DNA of 64,000 nt from NCBI RefSeq assembly GCF_009914755.1, contig NC_060925.1; one strand, written 5' to 3'. Below the pieces are notes generated by a model. It was given only the letters and a program-made list of their open reading frames with translations. It did not search any database and was not told the DNA's origin. Position 1 is the first letter of the stretch, and each line of letters begins with the position of its first letter. Positions 12,801 to 27,194 of the stretch are shown here, piece after piece. A program made the translations under genes and the position numbers. The stretch comes from the human T2T-CHM13v2.0 reference genome, Homo sapiens.

Positions 12801-14624
12801 TCCTAGGGCATAGGGGAGCATATTTCATCATGTTATTTCATTTACTCCTCATAAAATCCCATAAGATAGGTATAATCAGCCTAATTTTATACTTGAAGAA
12901 ATTGAGATTTACAGAGTTTTAGTGACTTGCCCAAATCTACACCACTGGTAGGTGACTGGGGCTACAGGGGCTAAGTGACATGCCTAAAAATTCACAGCAA
13001 GTCAGAGGCAGAAATAAAACAAACAAAATCCTGGTGTCCTGATTCTCCTCCCAGGAGAATCCCTTTTACAAAGCTGTACTCTCTCTCCAAATCCTCCCAC
13101 GCCTTCTCTCTTCTGAGTCTGAATGTACAGTATGAAAAGATAGACTTCCATGCTACACATCTTATTTAACTACGGGTGTATTTATGCTGCCTTAATAGCT
13201 GCCCCACTTGATTTTGAGTATACGAGGAAAATGTACAAAATACTATGACTGAGGATTTTTGTTCAGTCTGAATAAATGCTAAAACAATATTAAAACAACT
13301 TTAGGCTCCTGTAACCGAGGAGGCTGTGAGGTCTTACAGAGAATATTACCCTCTCCTCGGGTTTCCTGTGGCTAGATGGCTGATCCTGCATTTCAGGGAA
13401 TTGGACACTTGGGATCTATTTTCAACCTGATGAACTCCAATTGAACACTAAAGAGAGTCTAGATTTTCCCTTCAGCCTTCACAGAAATGATCCCTGATAC
13501 CATCTTTGTAACCCAGAGGGGCGGGCAGTATTAAAACCCAAGGTCCAATGAATGCTGATAGAACCTTTACAAGGTTTGACACATTGGTCTCCACTGTAAT
13601 GGGTATTTAAAACACAGCTTTCTCGGGCTCAGTGAGTTTTTGCTTTGCCTTTGTTCAGTGGCATTTAACATGCAGCCTTATGAACAGCACGTTAAACAGT
13701 CAGCCTTTGTGCCTTTGGGCTCATTTCAATAGGTTTATAGAAATTTAATTTTTTAAAGAAAATTCATTACCAAAGTTGTGTGATTATGACTCACATTTAA
13801 ACAAAAATTCTTATCCAAGGTCGAATCTTTTTTCAATTTGAATAGCTTTCGTTTGTTCTACCATTCTGCTAGAAACTAGGGATTCAAAGGAGAACTAGCA
13901 CAGAGACCCCCTCCTAGAAATGGAAGTCATGTCAATGAAAAGTCACACTCGTGGTAGTTGTCATAATAAGGCATTTACAAGCTCTGATGGTGGCAGCAAG
14001 GAAAGAATAACGAGTTCCACCTAAAGGATGCTACCAAGGCAACGTACATAGAGAAGGCGATGATTATGTTTTATCCCGAAGCACAAGTAGGAGTTTTGCT
14101 GGGTGAACATGTGAGAAAGGGAATTCAGAGCAGAGAGAAGAGTGTGCTCAGAAACGAGAGGCTGAAACAGTGCGCGATTAGAAAGGATGCAAGTGGTTGA
14201 ATGTTACTGGACTATGAAGTGTCAGAGAGAGAGCAACCAGTAAAGCCAGTGGGTAGATTAGGTCATGATAATAAGTGGTCCCCTAAGCCATGCAAGCCTG
14301 TGGGTTTTACCAGAAAATGTGCTGATTTTAGGCAGGGGCATGACATGATTAGGTTTGCAAACTAGAAAACTCATTCCACCAATAGTGTGTAGAGTAGCTT
14401 GGAACAGGTAAGATGCCAAAAACAGGAAGGATCTCTTGGGATGGTGTTTAGTAAACACTGTTTACATGGTGAAACCTTACTAATTTAGACTCGTTTTTGA
14501 AAATTTGTGGTGCTTTAGTGCTCAAACCTTTTCCTACTAGTCTAAACGACTTCTCCACATGAACACAGATTGTAGTGCTTCGCTTTCCAGTACACACATG
14601 CTGGTCCTACTCAAAAGAAGTAAA

Positions 14625-14960
<336 letters not shown>

Positions 14961-15060
14961 CTAAAAGCAACCTTTATAGTGCTTCAGAAAACTTACACAG
15001 TTTTCTCTGTCCATTATTTTTGTCAGAGTTGGGGAGGGGTTATTTGTTTTTGAGTATGTG

Positions 15061-15062
<2 letters not shown>

Positions 15063-15095
<33 letters not shown>
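15063..15095. repeat. (TG)n(AG)n compound microsatellite
   Basis: Direct reading. Confidence 0.9.
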
Positions 15096-16086
15096 AAAGA
15101 ATAGAATAGAATCCTAACAATCTATAATGAGAAGAAAGCTAAATGATCTAGTCCAGTGTTTTCAAAAATTTATTTACTTAACCCCCACAGTAATGAAAAC
15201 ATGTTCCACTGGACCCAGAATACAGATATACATATAAAAATCAAAAGTGAAGTATTTTACAAAAAAAAGCAGAAACAAACTAAAATACCTATTCTTCCTG
15301 TATGTAAGGAGCCCTACTTTTTTTACCGCATTCAATTTCATTTTTAGAATGCTTGTCAAGACCCTGTAAATTGATTTCCTGACTGATTAATGAGTTGTTG
15401 CCTGCAGTTTGAAAAATACTAATTTAGTTCAACTTTCATTCTGATTCAGAAAGCTTTTCCTAATTACAGATTAGTAAAGCAATATCTCTAAATTAGTACA
15501 TAGATCCCTTTCTCTGTAGACCTCACCTTTCTGATGCAATGTCCCAAACATATCTGCCTAATTCCTTTACATACAGACCAAGGAGCTGCTAACATCAGGT
15601 GTACATAGAGGAGACTTCATTAAGCTGAGAATCAGTGATCTGGAGAAAGCAGAACATTGGCCTCTCAGACCCCTGGGATTTTCTACTAGAAAAGCTTGAA
15701 AGTCCAAATAGATCCAAATTTGAAGTCCAAATAATAGATCTGAAAGATTCAAAGTTTGGGTGGGTGACAGAAAGAACCTTGTCATAGGATTTGAGAGACC
15801 TGAAACTCGACCCATGTGACCTGAGCTTCCCAAATACTGAGCCATGGAGCAGTTGCCTTAGAATCGCCTGGAGACCTTTTTAATGTATAAATTCCTGGGC
15901 CTCAATCCAAGAATTATGATGGAAATATGAACATTTTAAAAGCTCCCTGCATGATCCACATGTGACCATGACGGGTAATTTCTGATTTGGGCTTTCTGAA
16001 CCCCGGGAACTTCTTCTAGAGAATGGTGGTAAGATCTGCCTCCCTGCCATGATTGTTATGGAGAACAAATGAAATACTGGATGTAT

Positions 16087-16210
16087 GACGAGTTAATGGG
16101 TGCAGCACACCAACATGGCACATGTATACATATGTAACAAACCTGCACGTTGTGCACATGTACCCTAGAACTTAAAGTATAATAATAAATAAATAAATAA
16201 ATAAATAAAA
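16087..16210 (+). mobile_element. Extremely 5'-truncated L1PA 3' end with (AAAT)n tail
   Basis: gacgagttaatgggtgcagcacaccaacatggcacatg...acttaaagtataat; TSD gaaatactg(g/t)atgta. Confidence 0.9.
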
Positions 16211-19200
16211 AGAAATACTGTATGTAAAAGCCCCAAAACAGTCAAAAGCCCTACAGGTGCAAGATACTAACGTAAAGATATATCTAATGCTCTCTCCTGG
16301 CTCACCTCGAAAATTACTAATAATAACTAGATGTCTAAAAAGAGAGATTCTTTTCTTGTAGTAAGTTTGCACATTTAGCTCATGGCAATACCAGAAGTTT
16401 CCTAGAACTTAGGAAGAATATTTTACATAAATTTTTAGAAATGTTAGGAAATTAAGCCCTCAATTAAAACTTTGGCCTCTCTGAAAGAAAATAACATTCT
16501 GTGCTCTAGTTATTACCTGTGGGAAACAATGGGGTTTGTTTTTGTTCTTGTTTTCTCTGCCTTTCAAATATATATTAGAAGAAAGATATAAGAAAGTTCA
16601 CCTTATACATCCTGCAAGTAGGTGAAGCCTAAATGAATCAGTCCTAAAATAGATGATAAATGTTAAGCTAATGCTTTTTGACAAGCATTTGTCTTGGAGA
16701 AAGAGAAAGAAATAGAATGTTCAGTTTTTGAGGACAAGGTATTAACAGTTTCTCAGGCTATTTATGGAAAAAAACTTATTTCAGTTCTTTCATGGTGCTT
16801 ATCAAGTAGAGATTTTTATTTAATAAGCATTAGATGTGTACTAGGGTTATATAGAAATCACATCCTATGTAAGAATTATATATCAAATCCCATACTTTCT
16901 GAGTGACAGAATTTGGACAGTATCTATGTTAGTGATCCACAAAGTTAAATTTTCATTTTAAAAATGAGCAAACAATGCTTTCTCAATGGTTTCATATATT
17001 ATAAAGAATTAAAGAATTTTTTAACTGAAACTAAAGGACTAGAATTAGAATATTCACTTGTATTGCTTCTGATACAGCATCAGAAATATAAATCTAGAAC
17101 CGATCACACAGACCACACACTGTACTGGAAACACATTAAGAGCTATGAAACACATTGAGAGATGCTTGATTAAAAGCTTAATATAAATTCTCAGGGTAGA
17201 AAGCCTAATTTTTTTAAGCAAAATGATTAAAGCAAGGTCTAGAATGGAAGAATAAATTAGTTAGAAAAAGAGACCAATCTAAGTGTGGTTAAGATTATTA
17301 TCTTTGATAGATCTATGTCTAAACAATTACTTTCCAACTTTCCCCCAATATCTTAATAACAAAAGTTGCTATGGAGTATTTTGTTTTCATTTTAAATAGC
17401 TAGATATAATCAACACCTAGCTGCTTTATCAACTTCAGATGAACTTTGGAATGTGTTAGTGGAGGGAATATACTAAGAATCGGAAAAGAGTCCAGAGGAT
17501 ATGGACTACAGTGTTTTGTCTTCTTTCCTTTTATTCCATAATTGATCAGAGAATAACAACACAGAAATATGTGTTGGGCAGCACATTATAGTTTATGAAT
17601 CCCCGTTATATGTGTTAGCTTATTTCACTTTCATGGTAACCTGGTGAAATAGGTAGGATCTGTCTCTGGAAAAATATCTCTAAGATATGCTAAATATGAT
17701 GAGATGTTTAAGAAGAAAAAGTGCTGGGGAGGGAGGGACATGTTTCTACCGATAAAAGAAGTTACTTAATTTCTCATCCCTTGGGTTTATTACCAGAGTT
17801 CTGAGTTTCGTCTCATAATGTAGCAAAATATTCCATGCAAGAAACCACTAGAATGCACCAGCAAAAGGAAGATGCCGAAATAATGAATGAAAAAGCATTT
17901 CCATCATGGTCGTCTCAGACAATGAGATTCCTCCACAGAGAAACAACATAGCATACTACCAAGTCAAATAACGTGAAAATACCAAAAGAGTCAAAATGGA
18001 CAATTTATATGGTTTAAATTTTTTAAAAGTCGTTTTCTACATTAAGCTGTGTAAACTTCAATCTGAACCCTCACTCTACCATTGCTTTGTTATGTGACCT
18101 TGACCAAGTCCGTTTAACTTTCTCTCAACCCATTTTCTCATCCAATGGTAAATAGACAAAATAATGCTTATCTCATAGGATGGTTGGGATGATGAAGTAT
18201 GTGATGTAATGAATATCCAATTCACAAACTATCACCACTTCGTAAAAATGTGAGTTACTGAATTGGATCAGCAGTGGGTTAACTGGTTGTTTGTACAGTC
18301 TGAGACATCTCAGTCTTCTCTGGTCAACCTGTAGCCCCTTACTTCTGACTGTGAATCATTTTGAGTTCTTTCCGCTCCCTCAAGCCAACATCCAATCATT
18401 CACTTAGTTTTTCCTACTTTATCTCCTAAATAATTCTTTAATCCACTATTTTTCTACTTCTCCATTTCTATAGCACTGTCCTCTTTTAGGGCTCCCATCA
18501 TATATTTTGACTAAATAGTCACCATGTTCTCTAAACTGGTCTCCTTATGTCTAGTCTTTGCTCTTCACTTCATCTTCCCTGCTATGTACAAATCTAACCC
18601 CATAAATGTTTCACTAACATTACATTTGCTTCCCAGGGGCTTTCAACATGAAGTCCAAGCCACTTCCATGGAACAAAGGGACCCCCATGACCTGACCCTT
18701 TAGCCCCATCTCCTGTCACTGTCTTCTTCTTATTTAGTGTTATTTACAAATAGCAAATATTTTTAGTTATTCATACACAGCATCCATTTCATCCTTCTGT
18801 GTATGACTTTGGGAGACATCCTCTGAGTAGACATTAAAGGCTTTTCATCTGACCAGCCAATTGCTCTATGGCAGTAATTCCCAGATAAAGCCCCTTACCT
18901 TACCCCAGGTACCTCCCTTAAGGGGTAGAGAAATTTAAAAAATTATAAAGGGGGAGTTGTCAAGGCAGAAAAGAGAGATGTGACACCCCCAAGTCATCTT
19001 CCTAAAGAATTGTGATGTGGCTTTGTTTTTAACCTGGATACTTGAATTAAGGGGATTGATGCCTCAGTCATTATATCAAACTGTGTTTTAAAGGTGTATG
19101 AGAGGAGGCAGTCTGGATGTCACAAAACTACTGCGCTATCTAGTGTGTCTCAGAGCCCTTAACAAACACAGCCCAAACAATGACTCACAACCCCTTTATA

Positions 19201-19644
19201 GCCCAAAACAAGCTGGTATTTTTGTCATGACCGTTCATCAAGGTTTTTATTTTTGATCCAGAAGGACATGTAGGTGAAGGCTAATTTGGTGTCTGAGGGT
19301 GAATGGAAAGAGGATACAACGTTTTAGCATTATTGCTCAATACCACTGATTATGTCTGTGGTTCAATTAGCCGTGTCTTGAGAGAAAAGGCAGTGTGAGT
19401 CTGAACGCTCCCGGACTGAGGCCCAGTTTTCCAGGTAAAGTTTCGATTGCTTCGCGGTTCAGCCAAGACCACCTAACCTCGATGTTGGAATTCACCTGAG
19501 TATTCTAGAAGGTACAAGTCACCTTTTTTCTCCCTCCATGCACATCTTTTCATCTGGGGAAGATCTGAGGTGTCTTAGACATAGATAATTTCAAAATATA
19601 GGAAGCATGAACTTAAGTCCCAGATTTTTTAAAAATAGGCATTA

Positions 19645-19880
19645 TGTAGTAGGAAAAAATACTAGGCCTGTAGTCAAGCTCAAATATGTTTAAATCTTAG
19701 TGCCATTTATTCACCACGGGGTCTTACATGAGTCAGTTAATCTCTCAGAACCTCTGGCTACCCACATGTAAAAAGCGCATGGATAATACCTATCCATCAG
19801 GATTGATTTAAGGATTAAACAAGACAAGGTATGTGAAAGGGTTTAGCATTGTATTAAATAATTAGCACACAGTAGGAACT
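19645..19880 (+). mobile_element. MIR
   Basis: Degenerate MIR core (agttaatctctcagaacctc...tgtaaaa...ataatacct...aggattaaa). Confidence 0.65.
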
Positions 19881-22530
19881 ATGTCTGTTTTTTCCTTTAT
19901 CATCATTGGTAATGACCAAGCTCTTTATTTCTATTTCTGCTTCTGAAATAACTGGTTTGGGTTTTTTTCTCCTTCTATTCAGCTTTGAAAGCTGCAGGTC
20001 CAGCAAAAGCACGGTGGCTGTGTAATAGGAACAGATGGATGACTAGACCAGCCAGAGGAAAAATAAGAAGGTTCCATGAGGGAGACATGACAGAGGGCTT
20101 GGCTGATTGACTGTAATTTACAGCATCCATCATCATGAGTCCAGAAACAGATACTGTGTATTCTAAGCCTGACTCAGGCTCTGATTCCTTCCAAGGTGTT
20201 AAGCAGCTCATTTAGTATCTGACGAAGAGTCATCATAATGCTCAGCATAGCTGGGTTGTCTCTGCCAAGATAATTTATCATTCACTGTTTTTACACATTA
20301 ATGCAAAAACTATATATATTGAGTTCCTACAGAGTGAGGGACTTAAGTTGGGGTTTGTGGATACATTTAGGCAGCCTGTAAACTCCCAGGAATGTTATAC
20401 ACGGATTAGTAGATATGTTCTTGCCTGTATTTTATGAGAGGATTTATAGCTTTTATTAGATTCTCACTGGAGTTTGTGACCAAAAAGAGATTAAGAGTCA
20501 CTGCTATATGGTGTAAGACTTATCATACCATGTTCATGAATATGTTTTTCCTAGAATCTTAAAAGACATACCCTGATGAAAAAGGGATTGGAGCCATGCA
20601 CTGTTTCTGTGAACTGTACTACGTTGTAAAAGGAATTTTACTACATTTGATTCTCAATAACAGAATTCGAGCAGGCATTCCAAGTTGTTTCTTAATTGCT
20701 GATGAAACATGCTTGAGTTTATAGTACTCTTCTCCTAACCATAAACTTTTCCTCACTCTCTCATATTTCAAAAACGAAACACTGTTTAGTTATCTCAAAT
20801 GAAAAGTGCCTCGAGGACAAGGAACCAGGACTTGGGGTTTTATCACCCACAGTGTTCAGGTAGCCCAGTATCCTTGCATATGCATTATTTATAAATAAAA
20901 CCTGCTAGACACTGGGGTGTGGTCTCAGGCAGACATGAACAGCAAGCTATGTCAGATGTGGCCCACCATTGGCCACTAGCTGAATGACAGAGGATGCACC
21001 ATAGCGGTGGAGTGGGTTTGGCTGGAAATTGATGGCTGAAAGTATTTGAAGTGAAAAACCAGAAGTCATCTTTGTCACTCTGTCACTAAAATAAAAACTG
21101 ACAATTCAGAGATAGAAACAGTACTGCTTTTCCCCTTGCCCTCTGGCTGGATATATTCTGTGACAGGGGATTCCCCGAAAGGTCTAGAGTAATGCCCCAC
21201 CCCCCTACACCATCACCACCAGGGGACACCCTCCACAAAGATGCCTGACAACTGGCCTCTTCATATGCTTTAGAGGTGAAGCCTACTTAAAAAGTTAGCA
21301 CTTGGTGGAAAGGGGATATTTGGTTCCCATTTGCCATCACTGACAGTTCTTTCTATTGCTTTTTATTTTCTCTCTTCATTTAAATTTCTTTCTCTATAAC
21401 AACACTAGCAAGAAAACTGAGTAGACCAGACAGAACAGACCAGATAGAGCAGATGTTCCCAGGAGTGCTGGGAGAGGAGAATAGGGGAAGCATGCGGGGA
21501 TCACCAAAGATCTTGTGAGCTGAGTTCAGCGTGTACATGGTCAAGGCATTGTGTACCCCAGATGCCCACTCCTCATCCACCCATCCAGACAGCGTGAAAA
21601 TGGGGCAAGAATACTGGCCTTGGGTTTCCAAGAGTCCAAATGTGACCCAGGCTCATCACTATCTATCCATGCCATGTTGGCAAATTGCAGGACTTCTCAG
21701 AGAGGTCTTCCTCATCTGCAAAGTGGAGATGATTACACCCACTTCACAGTGTAGTACTGTGAGTTTCATGTGATAATGCATGAAAAGTACATGGCAGGCA
21801 TTTAATAAATGCTAGCTTACAGCTAGCTCTTCTTATTTCACAGAATCTTATTTTCTGGGAGATTAAGATGTATCCTTTTAAAACCTCATATCTGATGATA
21901 ATATTTCTAATCTGTAATATGTGTATATATATTCTTGCTAATACATTTCTTAAGCAAAAATAATTACACATAATTTGACCTATATTTTGATGATGAAAAG
22001 TTACATTTTTGTAACTATTTTAAACCATTTTAAAAGTGCTTTTTACATTGATCATTGTTTAGAATATCAATTAACACACTGTGCTATAATTCAGCAGAGC
22101 TACCAGACACTGTTGTTCTGCTTCGGGCTGCTGGCCTAAAGATAAAAGCTCTCTGGTTTTCTGAAGTATATGATGTTTCATTTCCCCTCTGGCAGCTCCC
22201 ATTAATACTTATGTTTAACTTTGCCCCCTTGGCTCATTCTGATTTTCTGCTGTTTTTCTAGTCTGGAAAAGAGATTAACAAGATTTTCGCTGACCTTAAA
22301 ACGGGAGGAGGCACTGAGTGAGAGTGTGAGGGTCTCTTCAGTGTTGTATGGACTCGCCATGCCTTATCTCACCTTTCCTTCTGCTTCTTCATTTACTTTG
22401 CTGTATTTTTAGGGTGTTTGCTGTATGTATGATACATGCTCTTTTACAAGTGTAGATTAGCAAGTAAGTATTTAGTCGAGGTTTTTTTTCTCAGTAATGG
22501 AGGAAGTCTTAATTTAAAAGCTCCTGGTTT

Positions 22531-22616
22531 GGTCACTTATATCCCACAGGGATGAAGGTCACTTATATCCCACAGGGATGAAGGTCACTTATATCCCACA
22601 GGGATGAAGGTCACTT
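22531..22616. repeat. Perfect 26-bp minisatellite, 3.3 copies (ggtcacttatatcccacagggatgaa)
   Basis: Identical units starting at 22531, 22557, 22583 and partial at 22609. Confidence 0.97.
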
Positions 22617-24371
22617 TTGACACTTGAGCCTTTGCTTGGCTTGGAGCCCTCTTCTCAGTATGGTGAATGTTCCATCTGCAGTCAGGACACTGAACTAGGA
22701 TCACCAATGGGCACAAGATGAATGAGATAAAACGAATGCCTTCAATTGGCTTAAAATCTAAAAGAACAAAGACAATGTAAACTGTAATATGAGGCAAAAT
22801 TTGAGAAGTTTTATAATGAAGTCTTAAGTGAAATTTGGAAGAAAGGGAAAAATATCCATTTTGAAATCCAACTTCCGGCAGGTATAGTGGGCCATTTCTG
22901 AGCCAGCTTGGGAAGGGGAAGGTTTCTGTGGCCATAGTTTGAAGACAAAGTCATCCAAAGAGAGAGTCATCCAAACAGAAGCAAATATGTAGAGCACAAA
23001 TGTGCAGACTTGTTTAGGGAATAGAAAGAATTTTTGTTTGGTTTCAGAGTGGAGTGCTTAGAGTTACTGTGACAGATAAAACTGGAGAAATACATCAGAC
23101 CAGGTCCTAATGCCACACCAAGTAAGGAGTTCTGTGTTCTGGTGACTTCATAACAGATTGAATTCTGCGAAATCACAGAGGTTTGCACTAGTTAAGCAAA
23201 ATGGGAGAACTGAACAAGATGCATGGATGTATTTAGATGACTAGCAACTCAACAGAAGAGACTAGAGCTAGCCTCTGGTTTCAACTGAGTTTCAGAGGAG
23301 AAATATCTGGGCCAACCTGACTAGGATGCTAGCAAACTTTTGAATTCAGCATATAATTTATCTTGTAAATGTGACTATTTTAGAAAAAACAAAATACATT
23401 TGTGGAGAGCACCACACAATTAACTTCATTCAGATTTGGCATTTGGATCTTGGCTTTTCTAGAGATCCCATTTCTAATGATATCTTATTCTGGGCTTTTT
23501 TTTCATCATTATTAAAGTCACCCTTTACTTTCCTTCTGCCTTTGAAGTTACAATCTCGTCAGTTCAAAGTCTTTTTAGAGCACTTAACAGAAAATTTAAT
23601 CAAAACGCTGAGCCAAATTTCAGCTAAAAAGTTATTAGCGTCACTGGAAATGTGAGTCAGATTTTCAGGTAATGCTATTCAGCCAAATAGGGTTCACCAC
23701 ACTGTTCTAGACATTTAGAAAATAATTAGATATATTTAGTGTAGAAGTAGATACAAAAACCATACTCAGAAAAACTAAAGCTACTCTATATGCTGGAGTA
23801 CCACAGAAACTAGGTATGAGTTTGTGTTCTCTCTAGGTAAAGATATCAACATTTGTTTTTCTATGTGATTATATATAGTTACTTATTACACATATATACC
23901 TCTCATATTTAATGAAGCAAGTTGGTAAAGCATACCAAAGTGAAGTAAAGGGATGAAAGTTTGAGACCAGGCTCCCCTAAAATTTTCTGTGTGGCTGTGG
24001 GCCTGTTGTTTGAATTTCCCTGGAGTTCAGTTTTGCTCATCTTACCGAACCAGACATTGATCTCTTACCTGATGTTATGTAATTTAGCTACCCATTAGTT
24101 GTGTCTTATCATTGCCCCTTTCTAATCCTTCAGTGGAAACTGATTAAAAGTCACCATACAAGAACAGGAACTTTTTGCTTAAATTAGGATTTTAGCAGGA
24201 AAGAGAAGGAAACAAAACACTTTAAAGTCTTCTTCAACCATCAGCTTTAGGGGAAAAAAGGAATTCAGTAAGTCATAGTATAGATTTTTTTTTTTAATTC
24301 CATCGATTTTAAGGATTATCCTGGGGTCAAATTTCACATTCATATTCAATTTCTCAAAAATATTTATTGCA

Positions 24372-24725
24372 TGAAAAAGAATTAAATAATGGCATTTGCA
24401 GTTACCTGGATGGAATTGGAGACCATTATTCTAAGTAAAGTAACTCAGGAATGGAAAATCAAACATTGTATGCTCTCACTCATAAGTGGGAGCTAAGCTA
24501 CAAGGATGCAAAGTCGTAAGAATGATGCAATGGACTTTGGAAACTCGGTGGGAAAGGGTGGGAGGGGGGTGAGGGATAAAGGACTACAAACTGGGTACAG
24601 TGTATACTACTCAGGTGATGGATGCACCAAAATCTAAGAAATCAACACTAAAGAATTTATTCATGTAATCAAACACCACCTGTTCCCCAAAAACCTATGG
24701 GAATAAAAAATAAAAATTAAAAAAC
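24372..24725 (+). mobile_element. L1PB1-like 3' end
   Basis: gtaactcaggaatggaaaatcaaac, caccacctgttccccaaaaacctat, A tail; TSD aaaatattta(t/a)tg. Confidence 0.87.
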
Positions 24726-25536
24726 CAAAATATTTAATGTGATAAGTGATTGATTTTGCTAAGTTTCTGAATGCATGATTTATTTAGTCTTCATAGCTAA
24801 CCTGTGAGATAAGATCCATTTTGTGGATATGAATACTGAGGCTGAGAGAAGTATAAGTTTATTCATAGTAACATAAGTAGCAAATGGCAGAACCAGTTAA
24901 TTATGTGGGAGTAGAGCTCAGGGTTGCAGAGAAGGGATAACGGGGTTTAAAAACAACAGCTAGTTGACTTCCAAAGAGCCAAGCTTCTCTTCTGTGTAGT
25001 GCAGAGCTGTTGCTGGGGAGTGGCTTCACAGCCAGGGACTTTGTTTCCAGTGTCTCCCATGTAGGTGAGGCCACATGGTCCATAAGCCAAACTCTTGCTG
25101 GCCAACAGTATATAGCACAATTCTGTCTCTTCCTGGCTGAAGTGGTAAAGTATCTGAGGTGACTTCTTCACATTCTCTTCCTTTTCCGTGGCAATCTTGG
25201 AGGCCATATCTCAAAGGTGATAGCTTCATGCGATGGGAGAAGTCTATGTGAACAGATCGGATGGACACAAGAAAGAGACCTAACAGCACTCTCTGATGGT
25301 TTGGCTGTGAAAAGAAAGAATCAAAGATACTTCTTAGGTTTCTGGATGGAGCATCTCGGAGGATGTTGGCACCAGTTTACTTGGAGAGGGAACGCTGGCA
25401 AAAGAACTGGCTGGGGAGGAAGATGACAGATTCAGCTTTTGTTTATACATGCCTCATGTGAACACTAGATTGTCTTGATAGATTACTGAAAATTAAATGT
25501 TACAGAATCTTAGAGTCAGTATTATTCAACAGAAGT

Positions 25537-25949
25537 TGTCCTAGTCCACTTGTGTTGCTATAAGGAAATACCTGAGACTGGGTAGTTTAGAAAGAGGTTT
25601 ATTTGGCTTTCGGTTCTGCAGGCTGCACAAGAAGCACGGCACCAGCTTCCAGTGAGGACCTCAGGCTGCTTCCACTCCTGGCAGAAGATGAAATGAAGCC
25701 AGTGTGTGCAGAGGTCACATGGTGAGAGAAAGCAAGAGAGAGGAGGGGAGGAGGTGCCAGGTTCTTTTTAACAACCAGCTCTCATAGAAATTAACAGAGT
25801 GAAAACTCATCCACCGCTTTGAGAATGACACCAAATCATTCATGAGGGATCCTCACCCATGACCCAAACACTTTCCACTGGCACCACTTCCAACATCAGG
25901 GATCAAATGTCAACATGAGATGTGGAAGACAAACATCCAAACTATAACA
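25537..25949 (-). mobile_element. MaLR solo LTR (MSTB-like)
   Basis: tgtcctagtcc...aaatacctgagactgggta...catccaaactataaca; TSD gaagt/gaagg. Confidence 0.85.
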
Positions 25950-26879
25950 GAAGGAATCGGAAAGCATACTGTTGGATGGTTTGTGAAGAGATGTGGATTT
26001 TCCTCCCCTTTCTGTATTAACAAAGGAAGAGAAAGACCTTACCATTTGAAATGGGTTGGACTCTTTACTTTTATATGATGTATACTATGACAGTTTACTA
26101 TTTCTCAACTCTCAACTAAAATGGTAATAATAATTATATCAATAAATGATATTAATTTTTGCTTGGGTAGCACTTGATGTATATATCCAAACCCATTTTC
26201 TCATTTAATACAATAATCATGTGAAGAAGGCATAGAATGTGAATTCTTGAGAGATTAAATGATTTTTTTTGATATTACACAGTTAGTGGTAAAGCTAAAA
26301 TCTGATGTCATGTCTGACTGGCAATGTAACAAAACTCTGTGAGGATTTGAGTTCAGGAATTACGGAGGTTTAAAAAGAAGTCTCTAAATTAGTTTAAATC
26401 CCAATTAAGATTGTCAACATTGGTATATTTACATATTGTAGCAACTGGAAAACTCTGAAGTGCTAAAAACTCAGACTTGGCTTATTACTGTCAAAACTAG
26501 AAAATTTTTAAGAGTTAAAAACTGTTCAGGTATTCAGCTGTTCTGGTAAATTAAATATTCTAGTTAGGGAGAGTTTGCATTTCATAACTCAGATATAGAT
26601 CATAATTTAAATGCTAGCTTTTAAACAAGTATACAGCATAGTACTTTTAACACTAAAACAATACTCAATATAATTTTGTCTTTTGGTGTTGTAGAAAACA
26701 CTCTATTTGTTTAGCTTATCATAGTAAGTATTATAGAAATTAATTACTATTTCCCTGAAGTTTTCTGGCACTAGGTAATAGACATTGCTGATAGGGAAAA
26801 AAATCAGAGGATGTCACTTTCTTGTCCTTCTACTTTGTCTACCTCTCTAGTACTTTCAACGACTGCCCATTCCACTTAG

Positions 26880-27194
<315 letters not shown>

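Noticed and set aside
22531-22616. CRISPR-like direct repeats
   Set aside because: No spacers, eukaryotic context, no cas genes; plain minisatellite
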